This document shows, one piece after another, positions 39,093 through 50,500 of a DNA stretch of 64,000 nt. This DNA is from an uncultured Ohtaekwangia sp. Lineage in GTDB: Bacteria; Bacteroidota; Bacteroidia; Cytophagales; Cyclobacteriaceae. The notes below the pieces were generated by a model. The model was not told the DNA's origin and did no database searches. It saw only the letters and a list, made by a program, of their open reading frames with translations. Every line of letters starts with the position of its first letter. Position 1 is the first letter of the stretch. The DNA lies in contig CAYPDF010000004.1 in the NCBI GenBank assembly GCA_964409415.1, positions 144,946-208,945 of the forward strand, written 5' to 3'. The position numbers and the translations under genes were made by a program.

Positions 39093-39905
39093 CTGATACA
39101 ACCAGGAGAAATACAATCCGTAGCAGGAAAGGAAGGTGTACGAGACACTCAAATTGAAAAAGACTATGTCATTTCCTGGGTGATTTATGGGATTGCAAAC
39201 AATGCGTTCCTTAGAGAAAACCTGGTTTTCAAAGGTGGTACCGTACTGAAGAAGGTTTATTTTCAAGATTATCGCTTTTCAGAAGACCTTGACTTTACTT
39301 TCACACCCGAAGGTGGAGGCAAAGACTTTGATATTGAATTTATAAAAGCTGCTTTCAATGAATTAACCGAATGGGTGTATGCGGAATCCAGAATTTCCCT
39401 TTCTATTCAAAATGAAACACAGCATGAAACAGGGAATTTTAATTTTTATCTTGCGTATACTGGACCACTTGGCGGAGCCGCAGCCAATAAAGATATTAAA
39501 GTTGACATCAGCCATGACGAACTGATCTGCAACTCACCTGAAGAAAAGCAGATCATTAATATATATTCCGACCTCCAAGAAAGATACGGTATCCTTTGCT
39601 ACCCATTAGGTGAAGTGATTGCGGAAAAGATGCGTTCTATTATGCAGCGAACTGCTGCCAGAGACATTTATGACCTATGGTATTTGTTTGAAGTTGAAGA
39701 TCACATTTTCGCCTTTCAGGACAAGGCAAAACACAAAGGATTTGATCCCAATCAGTTGATCAAAGTGATTGAACAAAAGGAAAAGATCTTTGCAAAACAT
39801 TGGAAAGATCACCTGTCAACTCAAATGACAGAGGTTCCAAATTTTAATGATGTTTGGCGTGAATTAGGAAAGCATTGGAGGAAATTTCAGAAATTTATTG
39901 AATAA
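39093..39905 (+). CDS. abiEii: Type IV toxin AbiEii/AbiGii nucleotidyltransferase; probable CTG start at 39093
   Basis: EKDY (upstream of the ORF-track start), FKGGTVLKK, RFSEDLDF, AEKMRS, RDIYDL; frame open from CTG 39093. Confidence 0.88.
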   Translation: MIQPGEIQSVAGKEGVRDTQIEKDYVISWVIYGIANNAFLRENLVFKGGTVLKKVYFQDYRFSEDLDFTFTPEGGGKDFDIEFIKAAFNELTEWVYAESRISLSIQNETQHETGNFNFYLAYTGPLGGAAANKDIKVDISHDELICNSPEEKQIINIYSDLQERYGILCYPLGEVIAEKMRSIMQRTAARDIYDLWYLFEVEDHIFAFQDKAKHKGFDPNQLIKVIEQKEKIFAKHWKDHLSTQMTEVPNFNDVWRELGKHWRKFQKFIE

Positions 39906-40210
39906 GAAACTAATGCACATAGATAAATGAAAGAGGGAAAGCAAAATCTACCTCATAATAAAGAAAGTGGGCTATGGATGCAAATGGTCTACAGTTTAGC
40001 AATTCTCGGATAGTGTGCAAGGGCTTGTAGGAGGATATTTCATCCGTCTCGCACAGTGGCTTGCTATTACAATAATTTCTTCTGTTCAATTTTTCCGGAA
40101 CTTGACCATAAACACAAAAAATGCTATTTTGGTATTGACTTCTGCCTTAGGCATGACAGGCAGGCACACACAGGGTCGTTAGGCGCAAGCCTGACCCGCT
40201 CTGAAATAGT

Positions 40211-41248
40211 ATGAGTAAAAAAACATCAAAACGAATAATTAGAATATTATTATTTGTTGGGACAATAGTCTCACTCTACTTTGTTCCCTGGCCTATTGTA
40301 AATGCATGGATAGCGCCACTACCAAATACAGTTCAGGAACAGGTAAATAAAGCAACCGATTACGGATTTGACGGAATTATTGTTTATGTGGATGAAGCAG
40401 GGAAATCACCTGAATTCTATTCTGCGGGATATAAAAATAGAGAAAATAAAATACCTGCCGACCCTCATGCCTTGTTCAAAATAGCGAGTGTTGGTAAACT
40501 GTACAATGCCCTGGCAGTTACAAAACTTGTAAGCCGTGGTAAACTCTCCTTGGACAAAAGCCTCGCAGACTATTTGCCTGAATTGAAAGGCAGGATTGAG
40601 TATGCGGATCAAATCACTTTGAGAATGATGGTTCAGCATAGAAGCGGCATTCCCAATTATACGGATTCCTTTAATTATTGGGCCCACCCGAAAGAAAACA
40701 GTGATGAAAAGCTCGCATTGATTCTTGACTTGCCAGCCGATTTCGAGCCCGGTGAAGATTATGAATATTCCAACACCAACTATTTATTACTTGGCCGAAT
40801 TATGAATAAGGTGCTGGGTTATAATCGTTTTCAATTTATTCAGGAAGAAATTTTAAAGCCACTTAATTTAAACAACACTTTTGGTTCAATTCACGATGTA
40901 AACCTGGATGATGTAATGAGTGGTTATTATGTTGGATATGATAGCGATTTAAAAACAGATAATATTGGCTCGATGTTGACTACAGCGGATGACTTAGGAA
41001 AATTTATACGAGCTTTAAATGATGGCTCGGTATTTAAAGATAAAAAAGAACAGGAAATATATTCGTCAATCTATAAATATGAACATACAGGTATGATTCC
41101 TGGCTACCAAACGATTGCTAAATATCACAAAGACATAGACACTGTTGTCATTCAATTTACAAATACCGCCAATTTCGATGGATACAACTGGAATTTATCT
41201 GAAGTCATGTACAGTAGAATTGTGAAAATAATTAGAAATAAAAACTAA
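40211..41248 (+). CDS. Serine hydrolase (beta-lactamase class C-like / D-Ala-D-Ala carboxypeptidase-like)
   Basis: FKIASVGK, QHRSGIPNY, YEYSNTNY, HTGMIPG. Confidence 0.88.
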   Translation: MSKKTSKRIIRILLFVGTIVSLYFVPWPIVNAWIAPLPNTVQEQVNKATDYGFDGIIVYVDEAGKSPEFYSAGYKNRENKIPADPHALFKIASVGKLYNALAVTKLVSRGKLSLDKSLADYLPELKGRIEYADQITLRMMVQHRSGIPNYTDSFNYWAHPKENSDEKLALILDLPADFEPGEDYEYSNTNYLLLGRIMNKVLGYNRFQFIQEEILKPLNLNNTFGSIHDVNLDDVMSGYYVGYDSDLKTDNIGSMLTTADDLGKFIRALNDGSVFKDKKEQEIYSSIYKYEHTGMIPGYQTIAKYHKDIDTVVIQFTNTANFDGYNWNLSEVMYSRIVKIIRNKN

Positions 41249-41863
41249 CACACAGTACGAGCGTGATGCCGTGAAATAGGTAAACTTGAACGGATGAATA
41301 TTCATAGACATATTGGTAAAGTTGAAAATCGTGATCAATTAAAAGCCCCTTTGTAAGGTGGCTATCCAAGCCAGGGGTTTTTGCTTTTAAGGGTATTTAA
41401 AGGGTATTTATATTTCACAGAATTATTCGGATAAATTCATTTTTTACAGCACAAAGGAAATGTAAATGATTGATAAACGGCATTCCATTTAGAGTTTGGT
41501 TATTTTTTATAGGGTTTGGTATATTTATTTAGGATTATAGGAGTATCTTAGAAATGGTAATTAGCTCGAAACGTTAAGGAATGTAACCTAACCAGAGACC
41601 AAAGTTGGGCATTGCAAGCAATTAGGTTGACTCCGAAAACGGGCAGAATAGGGCATTTAATTCATAAAATTTCAAGGGAATTATAAAAAATTAGATTGAG
41701 AGTTTTGATCTCTAAATTTCAACGGTTGACTTTCCTCTTTACAGGCAGATAATTATGTCTATGGAAAATGTTGAGCATACTGAAAATGGGAAAATTATAT
41801 AGGCGTTTTAACAAGATGTTGTATATACTAAACTCAATTTTTAAACCCCTAAACTAATTGCAC

Positions 41864-42481
41864 ATGAAAACAAAATTTATTGTATTACTTGGTTTGATAA
41901 GTTTACTTTTTGGATGCTCGCCAAAAGATAATAAAGCTACGGACACCGTATCAACTGAGAAAAAACTCTTTCTTGATGTTCACGATATCGGACCAGGTGT
42001 CACTTTTGAAGCTGTTGCAGATGCTCATAAGAAAGATCTTGCTGCACAAGGTGAATTTGATGTTAATTTTATAAAATACTGGGTAGACGAGCAGGCGGGT
42101 AAAGTGTATTGTTTGGCAGAATCTTCCTCTGAGGCAGATTTATTCAACACCCATAAAAAAGCGCATGGTCTGGTACCAGATTATATTATGCAAGTAGCTA
42201 GTGGCAAGGAAGCCACCATGAATGGGCGGCAACTATTTATTGACATTCATCATCTCGAGCCAGGAGGGGTAACAGCTGCGGCAGTGGCTAACGCACATGA
42301 AAAAGACTTGGCTGTACAAGACAAGTATAATGTAAACTTTATTAATTATTGGGTGGATGAAAAACTTGGTACAGTAGTATGTTTATCAGAGGCTCCTGAC
42401 TCTCTTGCCGTAATACACACACATACTGAAGCGCATGGTCTAGTTCCATCTAAGGTTGAACGTGTTAAGCAAGGGGATTAA
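41864..42481 (+). CDS. Lipoprotein with two tandem DUF4242 (SCO4226-like nickel-binding) domains
   Basis: Lipobox LFGC; FxDxH..AHxKDL..YWVDE..G.V.CL.E..H..AHGLVP occurs twice. Confidence 0.85.
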   Translation: MKTKFIVLLGLISLLFGCSPKDNKATDTVSTEKKLFLDVHDIGPGVTFEAVADAHKKDLAAQGEFDVNFIKYWVDEQAGKVYCLAESSSEADLFNTHKKAHGLVPDYIMQVASGKEATMNGRQLFIDIHHLEPGGVTAAAVANAHEKDLAVQDKYNVNFINYWVDEKLGTVVCLSEAPDSLAVIHTHTEAHGLVPSKVERVKQGD

Positions 42482-42537
42482 ATTGACACAAATTAAAAGT
42501 ATAAGTTTACCTTAGTGGACGAACTCAACAACTTCCA

Positions 42538-42588
42538 ATATCCAGGGTTTCATGTGGCCGGAATGGCTCTGCATGAAGCCCTGGATAT
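42538..42588. terminator. Long hairpin between convergent genes
   Basis: ATATCCAGGGTTTCATG ... CATGAAGCCCTGGATAT. Confidence 0.55.
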
Positions 42589-42677
42589 AGCACCAATCCT
42601 TATGTAGCAGCGGAGTTCAAATTAACCCTTGTGGGAATTGAACCTTTTTCACATTTGTTTCTTAGTAAAACTTTCAT

Positions 42678-43247
42678 TTACCTTTTTCTTTTGAACATCA
42701 CCCGGGGAAGTTTCATGCCCAATATCAACGAAACCCAACCCAGTAAAACAATATGCTCTACATAACTCCCGCCCAGAATAGACAGCGATCCTCGCACTCG
42801 GGGTAAATAAGTAAGGAAGAAAACGGTCCATAAGTAGTATTGAAAAATAATACTCATGATATTGAATTTCTTTCTCTCTATTGTGCCTTGTTCAAGCCTG
42901 TCAGCAAGGAGAGGCATCAAGAAAATAAGAAAGTATGCCACAAAACCACCCGCCAAACGATACGGTATTATGGGTGTACCTGACATGTATAAAAGAGTTA
43001 GTAATTCTAATAGGTGAATTCCGTTGACTAATGCAAAAACGTGAAATGGTTTTCTTGAAAGCCATGAATGGACATCAGAGGGTCGGCTTGCTAAAAAAAT
43101 AATACTAAAAATGAGTAATGAAAACCGCCCGCTAAATCGTGTGGTGGCCTGGAGCCCTTCAACACTCCATCCGTAATTGATTACACCAAGAATAGCAAGA
43201 CCTGCTTCTATAATAAGGGTAATCAATAAAGCATTGCGGAATGTCAT
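42678..43247 (-). CDS. Hypothetical membrane protein (ferric-reductase-like TM pattern)
   Basis: Six hydrophobic helices; TRFSGRFSL and ...GIHL motifs. Confidence 0.65.
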   Translation of the reverse strand: MTFRNALLITLIIEAGLAILGVINYGWSVEGLQATTRFSGRFSLLIFSIIFLASRPSDVHSWLSRKPFHVFALVNGIHLLELLTLLYMSGTPIIPYRLAGGFVAYFLIFLMPLLADRLEQGTIERKKFNIMSIIFQYYLWTVFFLTYLPRVRGSLSILGGSYVEHIVLLGWVSLILGMKLPRVMFKRKR

Positions 43248-43253
43248 GAGTGG

Positions 43254-44429
43254 TTAATCATTCAAATCTTCAAGAGTTTGTATTAAAATATCAATTTCAT
43301 CTTCTGTATTATAATAATGAGGAGAAATTCGCAATGCCCAATCCACTTTTTTTGATTTGAAATCAATTTGAGCACTTGAACGGTGCGCGGTTGAAGTGTT
43401 GATGTTGACAGCTCTCAGGTACTCAAGCACCTCCTGGGGTTGCTTGTCCGGCATTTCGATGGTGATAATGCTGGATTGATGCTCACCAATGTCCAATATT
43501 TTTAATTCAATGGAGTTGAGTTTGCCTTTTAGTATATCGCACAGTACTTTATTTCTGTTTTGAATATCTTCTATCCCAATATTTAAAGCATAATTAATGG
43601 CTTCTTTGCTCCCTACCACCAGTGCATAGGGCAGCTCCCATTCCTCAAATCGTTTGGCTGTCATGCGCACCTTATAAGTATCCGGTCCGGTCCATTCAGC
43701 ACCTCTCATATCTACAAATAGCGGTGTAAATTTTTTTTCGAGAATGCGATCAGATGCATATAAAAACCCGGCTCCTCTTGGGCCTCGTAGAAATTTTCGC
43801 ATGGTGGCAGTGAGAAAGTCGCAGCCGATCTTTTTTACATCCAGTGGAATTTGCCCTGCGGATTGACAGGCATCTACTAAATAAAGTATGTCTTTGTCTT
43901 TGCACATTTTTCCCACCATTTCTACAGGCTGAATTAATCCGGTATTAGTGGGTACGTGCGTGAGAGAAACCAATTTAGGGTGATGGTCATTTATTAATTT
44001 CTCCATATCGTTCAAATCTACCCCACCGGTGGATAAGCTTTTGGCCCGAATAAGCTTTATACCGAATCGCTGTTGTAATGAAAGAAAAGCAATTTGATTA
44101 GAGATATAATCTTCATTGGCAATCAATACAATATCCCCTTGTTCGAATGGGATGGAAGAAAGGGCTAGTGAAAAGGAGTTGGTTGCACTTGAGGTAAAGG
44201 CAATATTATTTTCATTTGTGTTAATCAGTCTTGATGTACTGGTGTAAAACTCCTCAATTTCATTTTTTTTACTGTCCGCTGCTTCATAGCCCCCTGTTAT
44301 TGATTCAAATGAGATGTAATCGTTAATAGCGGCTGTAACAGGCAAAGGAGGAAGAGATGCACCCGCATTGTTAAAGTGAATTTTGGATTTGCAGCCCGGT
44401 GTATCTTTTCTTATTGCTTCTATATTCAT
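43254..44429 (-). CDS. Aminotransferase class V (cysteine desulfurase/selenocysteine lyase-like, EgtE-like) PLP enzyme
   Basis: HFNNAGASL, THVPTNTG, VDACQSAG, ATMRKFLRGPRG, RISPHYYN. Confidence 0.88.
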   Translation of the reverse strand: MNIEAIRKDTPGCKSKIHFNNAGASLPPLPVTAAINDYISFESITGGYEAADSKKNEIEEFYTSTSRLINTNENNIAFTSSATNSFSLALSSIPFEQGDIVLIANEDYISNQIAFLSLQQRFGIKLIRAKSLSTGGVDLNDMEKLINDHHPKLVSLTHVPTNTGLIQPVEMVGKMCKDKDILYLVDACQSAGQIPLDVKKIGCDFLTATMRKFLRGPRGAGFLYASDRILEKKFTPLFVDMRGAEWTGPDTYKVRMTAKRFEEWELPYALVVGSKEAINYALNIGIEDIQNRNKVLCDILKGKLNSIELKILDIGEHQSSIITIEMPDKQPQEVLEYLRAVNINTSTAHRSSAQIDFKSKKVDWALRISPHYYNTEDEIDILIQTLEDLND

Positions 44430-44530
44430 AAAATGTTTTAAAGTTTTTAAAGTAATAAATGTCCTCGATAAACTCGATTAATCAAAAGTTTAAATAAATT
44501 TATTGGATTCATGCTTGACCTAATTTAGAT

Positions 44531-47497
44531 ATGAAAAAATTTCTTTCTCTTGTTGCCTTTTTATTGTGTTGCGGCCTGATCTTTGGTCAGGATGTTAATT
44601 ATTCTGTTTGTGAAAATTGCTGGGATCCTGATTCGTTAGGAAACCATAGAGCGGAAATTCTGGTAACTACAAATGGGGAAGTGGCAAAGGTGAACATTCC
44701 CTGGCGGAGAAGCGATTCCAACCCGCAGGACAAAGACCTTCTTGTTTATTCGGAAAGCGGTAAAAATGTGACGAATGTTTCTCTGGGCACCATTACGAGG
44801 GCATCGGGGGAAATATTTTTTGAACCCATTGATGGTCCGGGAAAGTATTACATCTACTATTTAAAATACTCTACGATAGGGCGTTCCAATTACCCTACGG
44901 TTAAATACCCTTCCTTTCATTCAAGGGCAACAGAGAGTTGGCTAAAAAAATTGAAATCGGCTCGTGCCGCACAAGTCGTTTCTATTCAGGCAATCGATGC
45001 ATTCAATAGCTTCTTTCCGATGGAGGTAATTGCTACTCCTTCTGAAGTTAGTAACCTGATAGCAAAATATAGCGGAAATTTTATAGTGTTTCCTGAGGAC
45101 AGATTGCATCCAATAAGTATGCGACATGATTTACCTTATCGATGGATAAAGAAGGGTATTCAAAATAAGTTTGATGACAAGGCAGCACGTGGAGAAAATT
45201 TTGCTTATCAGCTTGGCCTATACGCGTCAAAGCAGGATATCAATAATGTTGAGGTTGAGTTTTCCGATCTGAAATCTGAAGCTGGAAATGTGATTCCGTC
45301 CTCCATAATGTCATGTCTCAATACAAACGGTGTTGGTTGGGATGGAAAGTCTTTTACAAAGGTGATTAATGTAAAGAAGGGAGATGTTCAGGCCCTGTGG
45401 TGTTTGGTAAATATTCCTGCCGAAACACACTCGGGTGTTTACAAAGGTGTGGTAAAGGTGACCGCTGATGGTAATGCACCCGTCTCAATTGCAATTACAA
45501 TAAATGTAGGAAATGAGGTTTTGGCTGACCATGGTGTGGATGAACCATGGAAGCAAACCCGTTTGACTTGGTTAAATTCTCAATTGGGGATGAATAATGA
45601 TGTAATTGCACCGTATACGCCACTTGTGGTGAAAGACAAAACCCTTTCACTTTTGGGTAGAGAAATAGCGCTGGATGGTTATGGCCTTCCGGCACAGATT
45701 ACAACCTACTTCGATCCTAAGATGACTTCCTTGAAAAGTGAAGGCTCGCCCCTGTTAAAGAGTGGTTTTACATTTCGGATAAATGTGAATGGGACAGAAG
45801 CCATCACCTGGAAGAACAATGGATTAAGGATGACGACACAGACTCCGGGCTTGGTTCAATGGGAAACGACAAATGAGTCTGGTGATTTGCTCATGAAAAT
45901 CAACGGACAATTAGAGTTTGATGGATTTATGGCTTATTCCATTGAGCTGACGGCCAAAACAGATTTGACTTTAGGTGAGGCCCGCCTGGAAATTCCAATG
46001 CATCAATCTTCAGCACCTTATTTTATGGGCCTTGGCGAGAGGGGAGGCCTTCGTCAGCCTAATATTAATTGGAGGTGGGATGTGGCCACAAAAAATCAGG
46101 ACGGTGGCTGGATTGGCGATGTGAATGGAGGCATTCATTTTTCACTGCGCGATGAAAACTATGTGCGCCCTTTAAATACTAATTTCTATTTACAGAAGCC
46201 CCTGGCGTTGCCAACATCATGGGGCAATGGGGGAAAGGGCGGAATTACTATTGAGGATCAGGATAATGCTACTTTGGTTAGGGCTTACAGTGGATCGAGA
46301 GAAATGAAAAAAGGGGAAAGGTTATATTACAATTTTGATTTACTCATCACTCCATTCCACACAATTGATACTGACTTTCAATGGAAGACCAGATTTTATC
46401 ACAAATTTAGCCCTGTTGATACAGTGTTGAAAAAGGGAGCTACGGTGGTGAATGTGCATCATGCCAACAAAATAAATCCTTATATCAATTACCCATTCAT
46501 ACGATGGAAGGAGATGAAGGCCTACATCGATGAAGCACACAGTAAAGGTTTAAAGGTAAAGATCTACAATACCATTCGCGAGTTATCGAATCATGCTTAT
46601 GAAACGCAACCGATGAGAAGTTTAGGTACTGAGATTTATTCACCAGGTGCTGCCGGTGGGTTCTCCTGGCTACAGGAGCATCTTGTAGAGGATTATATCG
46701 CTGCATGGTTTGTGCCCGAGTTGAAGGACGCAGCAATTATTAATAGTGGTATGAGCCGTTGGCATAATTACTATGTGGAAGGCATGAGCTGGTTGGTAAA
46801 AAATGTAGGTATCGATGGTATTTATCTGGATGATGTAGCTTTTGATCGCACTACCATGAAACGAATCAGACGAGTGTTGTCAAGCGAAAGAGGCCCCGGT
46901 ATAATTGATCTGCATTCAGCCAATCAATTTAACAAGAGGGATGGATTTAATAATAGTGCAAATTTGTATTTGGAGCATTTCCCCTATTTGGACAGGTTGT
47001 GGTTTGGTGAATACTTCGATTACGATATGGATCCTGATTTCTGGCTTGTAGAGGTATCGGGAATACCATTCGGACTGATGGGAGAGATGCTTGAAAAAGG
47101 AGGGAACAAATGGCGAGGTATGGTGTATGGCATGACCAATCGGCTGCCCTGGGGAGATAATGACCCTTCACAAATCTGGAAATTTTGGGATGATTTCGGG
47201 ATGCAGGGCACGGAAATGATTGGATACTGGTTAAAGGACAACCCAGTAAAGATCCATAACGAAAAAGTAAAAGCGACTGTGTACAAAAAAGATAATGCTT
47301 TGCTAATTGCTGTGGCCAGTTGGGCAGAAAAAGATGTGGATGTCTATTTAGATATTGATTGGAAATCCCTCGGAATGAAACCTGCTTCAGTGATGCAAAT
47401 TCCTGCTATTACCGATTATCAGGAAGAACAAACATTGAGTGTAAAAAAATCATTGACCGTTCCAAAAGGGAAGGGCTTTTTGATCGTAATTAAATAA
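44531..47497 (+). CDS. Secreted putative glycoside hydrolase (DUF6067-like)
   Basis: Signal peptide; LGNHRA, NPYINYPF, KIYNTIREL, DGIYLDD, LWFGE, SGIPFGLMGEML. Confidence 0.7.
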   Translation: MKKFLSLVAFLLCCGLIFGQDVNYSVCENCWDPDSLGNHRAEILVTTNGEVAKVNIPWRRSDSNPQDKDLLVYSESGKNVTNVSLGTITRASGEIFFEPIDGPGKYYIYYLKYSTIGRSNYPTVKYPSFHSRATESWLKKLKSARAAQVVSIQAIDAFNSFFPMEVIATPSEVSNLIAKYSGNFIVFPEDRLHPISMRHDLPYRWIKKGIQNKFDDKAARGENFAYQLGLYASKQDINNVEVEFSDLKSEAGNVIPSSIMSCLNTNGVGWDGKSFTKVINVKKGDVQALWCLVNIPAETHSGVYKGVVKVTADGNAPVSIAITINVGNEVLADHGVDEPWKQTRLTWLNSQLGMNNDVIAPYTPLVVKDKTLSLLGREIALDGYGLPAQITTYFDPKMTSLKSEGSPLLKSGFTFRINVNGTEAITWKNNGLRMTTQTPGLVQWETTNESGDLLMKINGQLEFDGFMAYSIELTAKTDLTLGEARLEIPMHQSSAPYFMGLGERGGLRQPNINWRWDVATKNQDGGWIGDVNGGIHFSLRDENYVRPLNTNFYLQKPLALPTSWGNGGKGGITIEDQDNATLVRAYSGSREMKKGERLYYNFDLLITPFHTIDTDFQWKTRFYHKFSPVDTVLKKGATVVNVHHANKINPYINYPFIRWKEMKAYIDEAHSKGLKVKIYNTIRELSNHAYETQPMRSLGTEIYSPGAAGGFSWLQEHLVEDYIAAWFVPELKDAAIINSGMSRWHNYYVEGMSWLVKNVGIDGIYLDDVAFDRTTMKRIRRVLSSERGPGIIDLHSANQFNKRDGFNNSANLYLEHFPYLDRLWFGEYFDYDMDPDFWLVEVSGIPFGLMGEMLEKGGNKWRGMVYGMTNRLPWGDNDPSQIWKFWDDFGMQGTEMIGYWLKDNPVKIHNEKVKATVYKKDNALLIAVASWAEKDVDVYLDIDWKSLGMKPASVMQIPAITDYQEEQTLSVKKSLTVPKGKGFLIVIK

Positions 47498-47501
47498 TTG
47501 T

Positions 47502-50500
47502 ATGCAAAAGACAATAACTTTCCTGGTACTCGTTCTTTTAAGTTATCAATTAAAGGCACAACAAAATGCTACAATTAAAGAATACGATCGGGAGTTTAAA
47601 ACTTATCCCTACTCAGACCCTGATCCTATTCCAAAATTTGAATTGATCTATCCTTACTATCGCTTTGATGGTTATACGGATGTTTCAATCAATAAAAATT
47701 GGAAAGTAGTGGAGTTGGAGAATGAATATATCAAAGTGATGATCCTGCCGGAAATAGGCGGAAAAATTTGGACAGCAATTGAAAAGTCTACCGAAAAAAC
47801 CTTTTATCTACTTTAATCAGGTGGTAAAGTTTCGCGACATTGCTATGCGAGGCCCATGGACAAGTGGTGGTATTGAGGCCAATTATGGCATTATCGGACA
47901 CACGCCCAATTGCTCGACACCCGTTGATTACAAATTGGAGAGAAAACCGGATGGAAGTGTGAGTTGTTACATAGGTACGTTGGATTTGCTTACGCAAACG
48001 TATTGGACCATTGAAATTAATTTACCCAAAGATAAGGCATATTTCACCACCCACTCTTTTTGGCACAACAGCACATCATTAGAACAACCCTATTATACAT
48101 GGATGAATGCGGGGATAAAAGCAGACGGTGATTTGCAATTTATTTATCCCGGCAACAAATACCTGGGACACAATGGAGAATACGGGGATTGGCCAATCAA
48201 CACTAAAAACGAAAAGGATGCTTCTTATTATAAGAACAATAATTTTGGCCAATATAAATCCTATCATGTTTTTGGGAAGTACACCGATTTCTTTGGAGGG
48301 TATTGGCATGATGAAGATTTTGGAATGGGGCGTTATGCCGAACATTCGGACAAGCCAGGAAAGAAAATCTGGATATGGGGTCTCTCCCAGCAGGGGATGA
48401 TTTGGGAAAAATTACTTACAGATACAGATGGTCAATATGTAGAGGTGCAGTCAGGGAGGTTGTTCAATCAAACAGGAGGGCCAAGTACGTTTACGCCTTT
48501 TAAACATCGCGGCTTCGCCCCCTATTCAACGGATGAATGGATTGAATATTGGTTTCCGGTAAAAGGAACGAAGGGATTTGTGCAGGCCAATCCATTTGGG
48601 GCATTAAATGCGACTGTAAACAACGGAAAACTTAATCTTGCATTTTCTCCTTTACAAACTTTTAGTGAAGAAGTGAGCGTGGAGAAAGAAGGTGAGGTTT
48701 TGTTTGCCAGTAAAGTAAACTTCGAAACCCTCAAACTTTATGTGGACTCATTTGCTTTTTCGGGTGACACAAAGGGAGTGATTGTGCGTATTGGCGATAA
48801 AGTTGTGTTTGATTTTAACTCCGAAAGCAAAACACTCAGCCGCCCTGTTGATGCTCCTGAAGATTTTGATTGGAATTCTGTATTTGGATTATGGTTACAG
48901 GGAAAGGAATTGATAAGAGCGCGCGATTACAAAAAGGCTGAAGAAAAGTTAAAGGAATCTTTGACTAAAGATCCCAACTACCTGCCGGCATTAACTGATA
49001 TGGCTTTGCTGATGAATATGGATGGATTGTATCAAAAGGCATTTGAGTACAGTCATCACGCATTGCGTATTGACACATACGATCCTGCTGCTAATTATTA
49101 TTACGGACTTGCCAATATTTATCTGGGTAAAACGGTGGATGCAAAGGATGGCTTTGATATCGCATTGCAATCGGTAGAATATAGAGGAGCGGCAGCTACA
49201 GAACTGAGTAAGCTGTATTTTGAGGAAAAAAATTACAAGAGGTCAGCGTTATATGCTGCACAGGCACTTGAACAAAATGAGAATAATACTACCGCTTACA
49301 AGATATTGGAATTGTCGCAAAGAAAATTGCAACAAATGGAAGAGGCCAGAGCAACTTTGAAGAAGATGGCATCTATTGACCCACTCAATCATTTTGTCCG
49401 ATGCGAAAAGTATCTGTTGGATAAATCACCGGCCAATAGAGATGAATTTACATCCTTGGTGAGAAATGAAATGCCCTGGGAATCTTACCTTCAGTTGGGT
49501 ATTGAGTACTATCAGTTGGACTTGTTGGAAGAATGTATTGAAGTTTTGAGTTTATCTCCGTTTCATCCTGAGGTTAATTATTGGATCGCTTTTGTAAAGT
49601 ATAAAATCGGAGATAAAGATTTCCCTGCATGGATACAAAAAGCAAATGAATTTTCAGCAGAACTCATTTTTCCATTTCGGGCAGCGTCCAAAGATGTTTT
49701 AAGTTGGGTTATTACGCAAACGGAACATTGGAAGCCTAAGTATTATTTAGGCCTGGTTTACATACATACCAATCAAATGGATAAGGCCAAAGAACTGTTC
49801 CAGGCTTGTGCGAATATCCCGGATTTTTCACCCTTTTATGCAGCGCGCGCCAACCTTATTCCTGAAAACCAATTGGCTGATTTGAAAAGGGTGAGTAGAA
49901 TGGATGCCAAAGAATGGCGATACGGAAAATTGTTGATCAATTATTATTTGGATAACAGCAATTTTAGTGAAGCCGTTAAAGCAGCGCAACAATACGCCAG
50001 AAATTTCCCTCATAATTATTTCATCAGCATGCTTTTGGCCAAAGCATTACTATACAATAGTCAGTTTGAAGCCGCAGGCAAAATATTGACAAGTACGAGA
50101 ATATTGCCTTACGAGGGGGCTACAGAAAGCTGGTCGCTTTATCGTGAAGCATGGCTGATGCAGGCAGTAGCAGCCATTGGAAATGGAAAATATAAAAATG
50201 CCATGTCAAAAATAGCAACGGCAAGAACATGGCCGGAGAATTTGGGTGTTGGCAAGCCTTATGATGCGGATATCGATGATCGATTGGAAGACTATTTGGA
50301 AGGGCTGTGCTTTGAAGGGATGAAAGACTCGAAGGCGGCTGAATCTAAGTGGACAGAAATTGTTCGCAGTGGTGGAAAAGATGACTTTGATAATTTCATT
50401 TCAGCAGAAGTTTATAAAAAGATGGGTAAGACTGACCAGGGGAGGGAGTTAATGGCTAATTGGATGAAAAAAAATCCCGATAGTAAATTGGCAAATTGGA

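Noticed and set aside
39927..40013. Short ORF MKEGKQNLPHN.. after abiEii as a restriction-subunit remnant
   Set aside because: Only 28 codons; resemblance too weak to support
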